A stretch of DNA of 49,417 nucleotides, the filler included, from Nitrospirota bacterium (lineage in GTDB: Bacteria > UBA2233), in assembly GCA_011620345.1 (NCBI GenBank). It is 2 parts of 2 records of this genome, joined end to end, with 100 filler letters (N's around TTAATTAATTAA, not from the genome) between each part and the next. Parts side by side here need not be neighbours in the genome. Positions count along the whole stretch, not along the records: positions 25,223 to 49,417 come from WOZJ01000064.1; 1 more part is not named here. One strand, 5' to 3'. Within the stretch, counting starts at the first letter, position 1; each line of letters opens with the position of its first letter. A program made the translations under genes and the position numbers. Shown here piece after piece: positions 26,742 through 35,609 of this stretch. Under the pieces are notes generated by a model. It searched no databases. It saw only the letters and a list, made by a program, of their open reading frames with translations, and had not been told where the DNA came from.

Positions 26742-27353
26742 ATGATGATCAAATTGTACGGTTCGCCAATGTCACGCGCTGCTCGGTGTCTGTGGACGTT
26801 AGAGGAGCTGGAGCTGCAGTACGAGCACGTTCCGGTTGTACCTTCAGCAGAAACCCGCACACCCGAGTTTTTAAAAATCAACCCCAACGGCCACGTACCG
26901 GCACTTGAAGACGACGGCAAGGTCTACTGGGAATCTTTGGCGATCAACCTCTACCTTGCAGAAAAATACGGACAAGGCAAGCTCTGGCCCGCATCAGTAG
27001 TAGATCACGGCTATTGCTATCAATGGAGTTTCTGGGCAATTACTGAAGTCGAACCACACCTGATCGCTATAGTTAAAAACCGCGTTGCTTTGCCTCCGGA
27101 GCAACGCAGCGAAGAAGCAGCCAAAGCCGCCGAAGAGGCTTTAAAGGCTCCATCGAAGGTCATCGACGATTACCTTGCGGGACGCGAATACCTGGGCAAA
27201 ACGTTCACTATCGGCGACTTGAACGTTGCCTCAGTTTACAGCCTTGCTCTCTTTGGACGAGTTGACCTTTCTAGCTACCTCAACCTCAATGCTTGGCTAC
27301 AGCGTTGTCTTAGCCGTCCTGCCCAGCAAAGGGTTGCTGGGATGAAAAAATAG
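26742..27353 (+). CDS. Glutathione S-transferase family protein
   Basis: SRAARCLWTLEEL, INPNGHVPAL, WESLAINLYL, FTIGDL. Confidence 0.92.
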   Translation: MMIKLYGSPMSRAARCLWTLEELELQYEHVPVVPSAETRTPEFLKINPNGHVPALEDDGKVYWESLAINLYLAEKYGQGKLWPASVVDHGYCYQWSFWAITEVEPHLIAIVKNRVALPPEQRSEEAAKAAEEALKAPSKVIDDYLAGREYLGKTFTIGDLNVASVYSLALFGRVDLSSYLNLNAWLQRCLSRPAQQRVAGMKK

Positions 27354-27423
27354 CATTAACCGGCTTAAGCTAAAGGCAACCAACCCAAGCTTCCGCACAA
27401 ACGTGCCACGGAAAGGCCCCAAC

Positions 27424-28917
27424 ATGGAGCGTGTCGTTCTTGCAGGCGCAGGCCAGTTCACCAACCGCTCAAAAAAACTGGAAGACGCGCTCGAACCGCT
27501 GGCCCTCATTGAACGCGCCTTCGAAGCCATGAATTCCGAGCTTGGCGGGAGGACTCCGCGCGCTCTGGACGTGCTTGCCGTCGTCAACATCATTGCTTGG
27601 GATTACGGGGACGCGCCGGAGCTTTTGAAGTCCCGCATCAAGCTGTCCGCCAAGCAGTCGCTGTATACGACCATTTCGGGGCACACGCCCCAGTGGCTCG
27701 TGGGAGAGCTCGCATGTAGCATCCAAAAAGGCGAGGTCGATTCCGCGCTCATTGCCGGGGCCGAGGCGATGCACGCCGTAAGCCTTTTTAACAAGGCCGG
27801 AACCCCTATCCCCTGGACAAAAACAAGGCATACCATCCCCCAGTTAGGCGATTCGAGACAGCCCGTTAAAGACGAGGAATTGACCCACCAGGCATTCCTC
27901 CCTATCCAGATTTACCCGCTGTTCGAGAACGCGCTTCGGGCCAAAAAGGGTTGGACCTTGGAAGCTCACCGCGAATTTTTGGGCAGGTTCTGCGCTAGCT
28001 TCGCCGCGATAGCCAAAGAGCACCCTTACGCCTGGTTCCAAGACGGCAAAAGCGCCGATGAAATAAGGACCGTCACGAAGGTAAACCGCATGGTCGGGTT
28101 TCCTTACACCAAGTACATGAACGCCATCATGAACGTGGACATGGCCGCCTGCCTTCTTGTTTTATCGGAAACAAAGGCCAAAGAGCTCGGAATCCCCGAA
28201 GAGCATTGGGTCTACCTGCACGGCTGCGCTGAAGTTTCTGATCGTTGGTTCGTGACCGACCGGGAGGATTACGCCTTTTCCCCGGCTATCGGCCTTGGAG
28301 CACAAGAAGCCTTAAAAATTGCCCATACCGAACCTCAAGCACTTTCCCACCTGGATTTTTACAGCTGCTTTCCGTGCGCCCCGCAGGTTTCCGCCGAAGC
28401 GCTCGGAATCCCCTTGGAAGGCCAACGCCCTCTTACCGTCACAGGAGGCCTGGCGTATTTTGGAGGACCGGGGAACAACTACGTCACGCACGCCCTGGCC
28501 ACGATGACGGAACTGCTCAGGAAAGACGCGGATGCCTTCGGGATGGTAAGCGGAATGGGCTGGTTTTTTACCCGGCACAGCTTTGGCGTATACTCCAAGA
28601 AAAGGCCCGAGGCTATTCCAGTCGTTGCCGACAAGGAGGCGCTCCAGCGCCGGATCGAGGCCCTCCCCAAACCTACGTTCGTCCAAAGGCCGGATGGAGA
28701 GGCCACCATCGAGACCTACACCGTCATGCACGACCCTTCGGGCGATCCGGCCTACGCCATCGTGATCGGCAAGGACAAAAAAGGGGGGCGCTTTATCGCC
28801 AACGACGCGCAAGACACAGGCTTCATGCGCTTTCTTGAAACCAGCGAGGGCATCGGCCTAAAGGGTACCGTAAGGCTCGATGAGCGAACGGGGCGCAATG
28901 TCTTCTCTCCAAGTTAG
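27424..28917 (+). CDS. Thiolase-like protein type 1 (TLP1-like) with extra C-terminal domain
   Basis: GAEA, NAIMNVDMAA, DFYSCFP, TGGLAYFGGPGNNYVTHA; C-terminal GEATIETYTVMH domain. Confidence 0.8.
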   Translation: MERVVLAGAGQFTNRSKKLEDALEPLALIERAFEAMNSELGGRTPRALDVLAVVNIIAWDYGDAPELLKSRIKLSAKQSLYTTISGHTPQWLVGELACSIQKGEVDSALIAGAEAMHAVSLFNKAGTPIPWTKTRHTIPQLGDSRQPVKDEELTHQAFLPIQIYPLFENALRAKKGWTLEAHREFLGRFCASFAAIAKEHPYAWFQDGKSADEIRTVTKVNRMVGFPYTKYMNAIMNVDMAACLLVLSETKAKELGIPEEHWVYLHGCAEVSDRWFVTDREDYAFSPAIGLGAQEALKIAHTEPQALSHLDFYSCFPCAPQVSAEALGIPLEGQRPLTVTGGLAYFGGPGNNYVTHALATMTELLRKDADAFGMVSGMGWFFTRHSFGVYSKKRPEAIPVVADKEALQRRIEALPKPTFVQRPDGEATIETYTVMHDPSGDPAYAIVIGKDKKGGRFIANDAQDTGFMRFLETSEGIGLKGTVRLDERTGRNVFSPS

Positions 28918-28921
28918 GCCC

Positions 28922-31531
28922 ATGCGCGCTCCCGAGCATGTCCGATCCGAAGTCAATTTGCTCGGAAGAGCCCTAGGAAAAGCCATTCGAGACGTCTCGG
29001 GGGAAGAGCTCTACGCGCTCGAAGAAGAAGTGAGGCTTTTATCCAAGCGCATTGCGGCGAAGGCGGACGCAGCGCGCCTCAGGGGACGCCTAAGAAAGCT
29101 AACGGGAGGCCTTTCGCACAACGCGCTGCACGGCCTAGTACGCTGCTTTTCGAGCTACTTCCACCTAGTCAACATCGCCGAAGAGCGCCACAGGGTGCGG
29201 GTAAATCGCCTGCTAAACGCTCAGGCAAGCCAAGAAAACCCCCCTCAGGAGTCGGTTGCGGCGCTCATCAAGGCCGTTAAAGACATGGGACTTTCCAAAG
29301 ACGAGGCCAGGGCGCTGCTTTCTAACCTTAGGCTTTGTTTGACCTTTACCGCCCATCCGACCGAATCTCGGCGGTTTTCCCTAAGGCGTCAGATCGAGAG
29401 CATCGCCAAAATACTCGAGCGCATGGATAGGGGGCAGGACGGTCAAGAGCTTTTGGAGGCCCGGGTTGCGCTTCTTTGGAGCACCAGGGAGCTTCATGAC
29501 CATCCGCCAAGCGTTCGAGACGAGGTTCGGGGCGGCCTCTATTACCTGCCTACAAGCCTATGGGAGGCTCTGCCAAAGCTTTTGGAGGAGCTAACGAAGG
29601 CCTTCGCCCTCTACTATCAAGAAGAGCCCGACCTTCCTTTGCCCCTTTCCTTTTATAGCTGGATCGGAGGCGATAGAGACGGAAACCCCTTTGTTACCGC
29701 TGAGGTCACCGACTGGGCCCAGCATTACGCCACGGATCTCATCAAGGAGAACTACGAGCGCGCCCTTCAAAAGCTGATTCTCGACCTTTCCGTGTACCAG
29801 GGCTATATAGCGCAGGCGAACCCAACCCTCAAGCCCAATCAAGGCCCCTACCCTCCAGAAGAGCTGTTCCGAAATGCCCTCGAAGAACTCAGGCAGAAGC
29901 TTGGTCAAGGAAAACTCCAAGCAAACGAGCTGGCCGGGGGGCTAAGGGACATCGCCGGGCTTCTTGATGCATCGGGCTTAAAGGGCGTCGCCAAAACGCT
30001 CGTCAAACCCTTACTCACCCGCATCGAGGCATTCGGGCTCGAGCTTGTCCACCTGGACTTGCGCGAAGAGGCCTCTCGGCATACAAGAGCCGTAGACGAG
30101 TTGTTTAATGTAGCGGGCGTTTACCAAGGTTATGTAAACCTTACACCAAACCGGCGACAGCAGCTGCTGCTTGAAGAGCTCAAGACAAGAAGGCCCCTCA
30201 TGCCCAGGGGCTACGAGCCAAAGACGATCGAACTTCAAACCGCCCTTGGGGCGCTCGAATCATGGCGGGCCAAGGGAGCCTACATCATCTCGATGACACA
30301 CCACGTCTCCGATGTCCTTGAGGTATTTTTGCTTGCGAGGGAAACGGGCCTTTATACCCCCTCAGGGCCGCTGCCTTTCAACGTTACCCCCTTGTTCGAG
30401 ACACTCGAGGACCTTTTCGGTTCCCCGAGGTTTATCCACAGGCTTCTTTCGGTCCCTTTGTTCCTGGCGCACGTTCAAGCACGCGGCGGAATGGAGGTAA
30501 TGATCGGTTATTCCGATTCTAACAAAGAAGGGGGTTACCTTCCGGCCAACTGGGCTCTCTACAGGGCCCAACAAGGAATCGTGCGCGCCGCGAAGCGCTT
30601 CGGGGTTGGAGTATCCTTCTTTCATGGGCGTGGAACCTCGACGGCCAGAGGAGGGTCGCCCGCCGGCAAGGCCATTGCTGCCCTTCCACACGGCACGATC
30701 GGTACGCGCATGCGGATCACAGAGCAGGGCGAGGCCTTGACAGACCGCTACTTTTACTCAGACTTGGCCTACCGCAATTTAGAACAGCTCCTGTTTCATT
30801 TCGGGCTTGCCGCAGTAAGGGAGCGGCTCCGGTCAAAGGAAACACCCAAGCCTTGGATGCTTACGATGAAAAAGGCCGCCTTAAGCGCGGCCAAGGCCTA
30901 CAGGGCTCTCGTTACGGCCCCACAGTTTTTGGATTTTTTTAGGGAACTCACCCCGATCGCTGAGATTTCCGAGCTTAAGATCGCCTCGAGGCCGGCATCC
31001 AGAAACTTGGGGGACAACGCGCTGCAGGGGCTACGCGCGATCCCATGGGTCATGGCCTGGAGCCAGGTTCGCTTGAACCTTCCGGGTTGGTACGGTATCG
31101 GTTCGGGCCTATGGGGCCTTGATCTTGCCCTGCTCCGCGAGATGTACCAAGGATGGCCTTTTTTTGGCTCGCTCATCGACACGGCCGCGATGAGCCTGGC
31201 CAAAGCCGAGCTGGGCATCACAAAAGAATACTTAAGGCTCGTTTCTAAGCCCCTCCAGCAGGCATTTTTCCCAAAGATCGAGGCAGAGTTCCTGAATACC
31301 AAGGCGCTTCTAGAGAGCATCCTTGAAGGACCGATCCTTCAAAATGACCCTACCCTAAAGACGCTCATCGGTCTTCGCAACCCCTACTTAGAGCCTCTCC
31401 ACCACATTCAGGTCGAGCTCTTAAAACGCACCCGCGGGCTTACTTCCGAATATCCGGAATGGCCTAGGCTAAGAGAGGCCCTGCTCTCGACGCTTTTGGG
31501 TATCGCTGCAGGCCTAAAAAATACGGGCTGA
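28922..31531 (+). CDS. ppc: Phosphoenolpyruvate carboxylase
   Basis: FTAHPTE, WIGGDRDGNP, PLFET, VMIGYSDSNK, FHGRG, TEQGE, LRAIPW, C-terminal GLKNTG. Start probably ATG 28922. Confidence 0.95.
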   Translation: MRAPEHVRSEVNLLGRALGKAIRDVSGEELYALEEEVRLLSKRIAAKADAARLRGRLRKLTGGLSHNALHGLVRCFSSYFHLVNIAEERHRVRVNRLLNAQASQENPPQESVAALIKAVKDMGLSKDEARALLSNLRLCLTFTAHPTESRRFSLRRQIESIAKILERMDRGQDGQELLEARVALLWSTRELHDHPPSVRDEVRGGLYYLPTSLWEALPKLLEELTKAFALYYQEEPDLPLPLSFYSWIGGDRDGNPFVTAEVTDWAQHYATDLIKENYERALQKLILDLSVYQGYIAQANPTLKPNQGPYPPEELFRNALEELRQKLGQGKLQANELAGGLRDIAGLLDASGLKGVAKTLVKPLLTRIEAFGLELVHLDLREEASRHTRAVDELFNVAGVYQGYVNLTPNRRQQLLLEELKTRRPLMPRGYEPKTIELQTALGALESWRAKGAYIISMTHHVSDVLEVFLLARETGLYTPSGPLPFNVTPLFETLEDLFGSPRFIHRLLSVPLFLAHVQARGGMEVMIGYSDSNKEGGYLPANWALYRAQQGIVRAAKRFGVGVSFFHGRGTSTARGGSPAGKAIAALPHGTIGTRMRITEQGEALTDRYFYSDLAYRNLEQLLFHFGLAAVRERLRSKETPKPWMLTMKKAALSAAKAYRALVTAPQFLDFFRELTPIAEISELKIASRPASRNLGDNALQGLRAIPWVMAWSQVRLNLPGWYGIGSGLWGLDLALLREMYQGWPFFGSLIDTAAMSLAKAELGITKEYLRLVSKPLQQAFFPKIEAEFLNTKALLESILEGPILQNDPTLKTLIGLRNPYLEPLHHIQVELLKRTRGLTSEYPEWPRLREALLSTLLGIAAGLKNTG

Positions 31532-31693
31532 TGAAGAGGCGCAAAAAAGCGCGCTTCCATCAAGGGGCACCCACCGCCGCCATCACCTCTTGAAGGAGCT
31601 CGCGAGGATACGCTTTCCCTGCCGTCTCATCCCAAAGAGGGCGTAGGGCCCTTGCAAAGGCCCTCTATTTTCATAATGCCCCTTTGCTGTAGG

Positions 31694-32932
31694 CTAATCG
31701 ATGTCAAGCTCGGCGAAATCGAGCGCGGCCGAGATGCCGAGCACCTCGTTGCAGCCGTCCTCGATCATCGAGAGCTTGGCATCCCGAAGGAGCATTTCGA
31801 CGGAGGACTCCTTGGAAATGCCAAGGCCGCCGAAGATCTGTATGGCGTCGTGGGCGTTCGAAAACGCCGCCTCCGTACAGTACGTCTTGGCCGTGATCGA
31901 GTATCGGGTCTTGGGCGGCATGGTGGAGAAGTTGTGAATAAGCGCCGCCCTTGAATAATACCGGGCCGTCTCGGAGCGTCTGAACATCTCGAAGAGCTTG
32001 TGCTGGACCAGTTGATGCTCGATGAGGAGCTTGCCCCCTTGAACGCGTGTGCGGGCATAGCCAAGAGCCTCTTCGAACGCGGCCCTGGCGAGTCCTGTAA
32101 AAATCGCTCCCATTCCGGCGTTAGCGGTGGCTAAAACAGCCTCGACTGCGAACGGGTACACCTCTTCATCGTCAACTATCATCCATGCGCCGGGGATTTC
32201 GGCATCTTCAAAGAAGATCTCGCCCTGTGGAAGCGCCCTCTGACCCATCTTTTCCAAAGGTTTGGCTTTGCTTACGCCCTTGATCTCGTTTAAGGGCGCA
32301 ACGCAAATTCCTCCGCCTTTCATGCCGATCCCCGACTTGAGCATAGGGAACAAAAGCGCGTGCGTGGCGACGGGCCCGTTTGAAACCCATGAGGACTTCT
32401 GGCCGTTCAGAACCCAGGCATCCCCTTTTTTTGTCGCCTTTAGGCTTCCTTTGACCGAGATGTCGTCCGTTTTATGGGCCATAAGCCAGTCTGAGCCGTG
32501 GTCGGGTTCTGTGATTGCCCAACAGCCGATGAACTGCGCCTTGGTATCCTCGATATAGGGCATGACGAAACGATCGATCACTTCTTGGTTTTCAGCTCCA
32601 AAAATGCAGGTCCCCATTGCGGGGAAAGCGCTTACTGCTAAAGAAACCCCTAGGGCGCTCGAACCCCAGCCGAGCTCTTCCAAAAGAATATGCGCGCCCA
32701 AAGGATCGAGCCCAAGCCCCCCGTACTCTTCGGGGAGTAGCGCCTTGTGATAGCCAAGCTCGTAGCCCTTCTTCATCACGCCCCAGTAGATAGGGCTTTC
32801 CATCGCCTCTTGGGCGGAGAGCTTATCGAGCGCGAGACCCGCCGGCTTGAGGACTTCCTTGGAAAATTCGTGAACGCTTCGCTTTAAGTGCTCGTACTCC
32901 TCAGGAACGTTCATGTAGAGTTCGTCGTACAT
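31694..32932 (-). CDS. Acyl-CoA dehydrogenase family protein (IEDG variant)
   Basis: PEEYGGLG, WAITEPDHGSD, LNGQK, YARTRVQGG, IQIFGGLG, RDAKLSMIEDG. Confidence 0.9.
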   Translation of the reverse strand: MYDELYMNVPEEYEHLKRSVHEFSKEVLKPAGLALDKLSAQEAMESPIYWGVMKKGYELGYHKALLPEEYGGLGLDPLGAHILLEELGWGSSALGVSLAVSAFPAMGTCIFGAENQEVIDRFVMPYIEDTKAQFIGCWAITEPDHGSDWLMAHKTDDISVKGSLKATKKGDAWVLNGQKSSWVSNGPVATHALLFPMLKSGIGMKGGGICVAPLNEIKGVSKAKPLEKMGQRALPQGEIFFEDAEIPGAWMIVDDEEVYPFAVEAVLATANAGMGAIFTGLARAAFEEALGYARTRVQGGKLLIEHQLVQHKLFEMFRRSETARYYSRAALIHNFSTMPPKTRYSITAKTYCTEAAFSNAHDAIQIFGGLGISKESSVEMLLRDAKLSMIEDGCNEVLGISAALDFAELDID

Positions 32933-32953
32933 CACCACCCCCTAACTTCGTTT

Positions 32954-33355
32954 TTACTCTAAAGGCAGCCCTTCTTGTTTCGCGATCTCTGGGTAAAGCT
33001 GTTTTAAGGGTTTAAGCTGCGGCAGCAGGCCCAACACCTTATTGATCGGCCCTCTTGCCTTGATCTGGCGCTTGGCCACGGCCAGCGGGACGCTTAGCTT
33101 GTCCATCCAGAACCTATGAGCCGTATCCCCGCTCATTTCCATCTCCAGAAGGGCACCTTGAAGGGGCTGGTTGGCCGGACCCTCGACGACACCGTTCGGG
33201 AACAGCCATAACTCAGCTTCCGGTTCGTGGATGACGAAGTGCACGGTTACCCCTAGCTGCGCAAACTTGTCTCGAACCTCTTGTAGCTCGAAGGCCTGCT
33301 TCCACAGAACCCCTAGGACACGGTAGACATGTCCAGCGTCTTGGTACACGCTCAT
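32954..33355 (-). CDS. SCP2-like sterol/lipid carrier domain protein
   Basis: SCP2-like pattern MSGDTAHRFWMDKLSVPLAVAKRQIKARGPINKVLGLLP; lies directly upstream of the acyl-CoA dehydrogenase. Confidence 0.65.
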   Translation of the reverse strand: MSVYQDAGHVYRVLGVLWKQAFELQEVRDKFAQLGVTVHFVIHEPEAELWLFPNGVVEGPANQPLQGALLEMEMSGDTAHRFWMDKLSVPLAVAKRQIKARGPINKVLGLLPQLKPLKQLYPEIAKQEGLPLE

Positions 33356-33601
33356 AACGACCCCCCGTTTTTATAGAGTTTATTATAAATACTATTCATC
33401 CCCTCTGGTCCTCTTGCATTGACCCTTTTTACAGGCTATGAATTGGCCTTCTAGCTTCCGTATTGGAAGGTTCGTTTCTGTAAGCCACCATATTGTCTAA
33501 AGGAAGAATAACATAGTAGAATAGTAGTATGACAAATATATTAGGCTAAAGCAAATTATGTTTAATTTTTGTCTTCCAACGACCTAAGCAAGGAGAGTGC
33601 C

Positions 33602-33925
33602 GTGATTGTCTATGGGGATGCCGTTGAGGTGCCAAACGTGGTGATCGACTATGAAAAGTGCGATACCTGCATTAACTGCCTAAGAACATGCCCGATGCAG
33701 GTCCTTAAGGTCGAGAACAAGCGGGTCGTTCAAGCATCCGAGCTATGCTTCGCCTGTCGAAACTGTGAAGCGGCCTGCCCTACTGACGCGATAAAGGTCG
33801 TCGGCCGCTACAAGGAGCTCAAAGGCAAACGGCCTAGCGGCATCGGGTACAACCCGTTGGTAGCGTTCCCGGAATTCCAAAAGCTCGCGAGCGACAAGGC
33901 GAAACTGTTGTCAAAGGGCCGGTAG
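33602..33925 (+). CDS. 2x[4Fe-4S] ferredoxin-like protein
   Basis: CDTCINCLRTCP and CFACRNCEAACP; RBS AAGGAG 6 nt before GTG 33602. Confidence 0.85.
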   Translation: MIVYGDAVEVPNVVIDYEKCDTCINCLRTCPMQVLKVENKRVVQASELCFACRNCEAACPTDAIKVVGRYKELKGKRPSGIGYNPLVAFPEFQKLASDKAKLLSKGR

Positions 33926-33940
33926 GCAAAAGGAGGCGTT

Positions 33941-34654
33941 ATGGAAACAAAGCCGAGAAGGGACGGGCCTAAAGAGACCACGGCCGCGTACCGCTACAAC
34001 ACCCAAGAAATCGAAAGGCTGATCAAGACGAGGAGGAGCGTCAGGCTGTTCAAAAAAGACGACGTTCCTGACGAGCTGGTCGAGAGGCTGATCGATCTGG
34101 CCCACTGGGCACCTTCAGGGATGAACGCCCAGCCTTGGAAGTTTGTCGTAATCAAAAACCGAGGTCTTCTGGAGGAGATCCGAAGGGCGACGGTCAAGGG
34201 CCTGGAGCTCACGATGAAGGTCTTCACCAAAAGGCAGCCCCACTGGCGCTTGATGAAGCTTTTGGTGCGTATCCTTAAGCCCTCGATGTACCGCATTATG
34301 GACCCGAGGGCCTTGCAGGGCTCGAGGGCGCTGCTCGAGGTCCCGCACACGGACGTCCTCTTGAAAGCGCCCGTGCTGATTCTCGTCTTGGGGAACAACG
34401 GCTCGTCCACGGCGCTCGAGGACTGCAGCGCCGCCACGCAGACCTTGGCGCTAGCGGCCCACGCTCACGGGCTCGGCAGCTGCTGGGTTGGGTTTGTCGA
34501 GAAATTCCTCCCGATGAACCGCAAGCTCTGCAAGAGGCTCGGAATCGGCGGAGAGTGGTTCCTGGCGACGGTATCCGCCCTTGGGTATCCGATTACGGAT
34601 TACGGCAGAAAGTTCATCGAGCGGGATCCGGCCGAAATCGTGTGGGTCCGCTAG
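33941..34654 (+). CDS. Nitroreductase family flavoprotein
   Basis: TRRSVRLF, WAPSGMNAQPWKFVV, AAHAHGLGSCWVG, LGYP; own RBS AAGGAGG. Confidence 0.9.
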   Translation: METKPRRDGPKETTAAYRYNTQEIERLIKTRRSVRLFKKDDVPDELVERLIDLAHWAPSGMNAQPWKFVVIKNRGLLEEIRRATVKGLELTMKVFTKRQPHWRLMKLLVRILKPSMYRIMDPRALQGSRALLEVPHTDVLLKAPVLILVLGNNGSSTALEDCSAATQTLALAAHAHGLGSCWVGFVEKFLPMNRKLCKRLGIGGEWFLATVSALGYPITDYGRKFIERDPAEIVWVR

Positions 34655-34700
34655 CGGCCACAGAAAGGCGGCCAGTACAACCAAGAAAAAGGGAGAAGAC

Positions 34701-35579
34701 ATGGCTTTAGGCAATAAAGCGACTCTTACCTGCGCCCTTACGGGCATCTTAACCGATCCGGAACGCTTCGGCGTTCCCGTAACCCCCGAGCAGATGGCAA
34801 GTCACGCCAAGGAGGCGTTCGATGCCGGGGCGAGCATCATGCACGTGCACGTGCGCGATCAAAGGCCGGGCATGGGATCGTGGCCCTCGTGGAGCCCCGA
34901 GGATGCGCTGGCCGTCGTGCAGGCCATACGTGAGGCCTGCCCCGGCGTAATCATCAACTTGAGCACGGGCATCGTGGGGCCTGACATCTCGGGACCCGTG
35001 GCCTGCCTTGAGCGGGTCAAGCCTGAAATGGCCGCGCTGAACGCGGGCTCGCTCAATTATCTTAAGGTCAAATCGGACGGGACGTGGGCATGGCCCCCTA
35101 TGGTGTTCGACAACCCGGTCGAAAAAGTCGAGCAGTTCGCCCGGGTAATGTATGCCAACGGCATCCTGCCGGAGTGCGAGTGCTTCGATGCGGGGATCGT
35201 GCGGAGCGTCGAGCTCTACCGGCGGGCAGGCATCTTAAGGCCCCCGATCGATGTCTCGATCATCATGGGAGTGGAAAGCGGCATGCCCGCGAAACCCTCC
35301 TGGCTCCCTTTATTGATCGAAGAGCTCCCTCAGGGCGCAAGCTGGCAGGTGATCGCCATCGGCAGGCAAAACGTCTGGGAGCTTCACAAGAAGGCGGCAG
35401 AGCTTGGCGGAAACCTGAGGACGGGCCTAGAGGACACCTTCTACCTGCCAGACGGCACCACGACCCGCTCGAATGGTAAGCTCATCGAGGCGCTTGCCAA
35501 GGTTGCGAAGGAGGCGGGTCGGGACATCGCAAGCCCAAGCGAGACACGGGCTGCGTTTGGCATGCCCTCCGCTACATAG
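34701..35579 (+). CDS. Beta-keto acid cleavage enzyme (BKACE/DUF849, Kce family)
   Basis: TCALTG, PVTPEQ, AGASIMHVHVRD, NAGSLNY, PECECFD, RTGLED. Start re-set to ATG 34701. Confidence 0.9.
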   Translation: MALGNKATLTCALTGILTDPERFGVPVTPEQMASHAKEAFDAGASIMHVHVRDQRPGMGSWPSWSPEDALAVVQAIREACPGVIINLSTGIVGPDISGPVACLERVKPEMAALNAGSLNYLKVKSDGTWAWPPMVFDNPVEKVEQFARVMYANGILPECECFDAGIVRSVELYRRAGILRPPIDVSIIMGVESGMPAKPSWLPLLIEELPQGASWQVIAIGRQNVWELHKKAAELGGNLRTGLEDTFYLPDGTTTRSNGKLIEALAKVAKEAGRDIASPSETRAAFGMPSAT

Positions 35580-35609
35580 AGCCCTTCCTTTAGCCTCTTT
35601 GTGTAGAGG

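Noticed and set aside
25223-27353. Prophage or genomic island suggested by the TA module
   Set aside because: No integrase, transposase, att site or phage gene is visible. The contig edge prevents further assessment.
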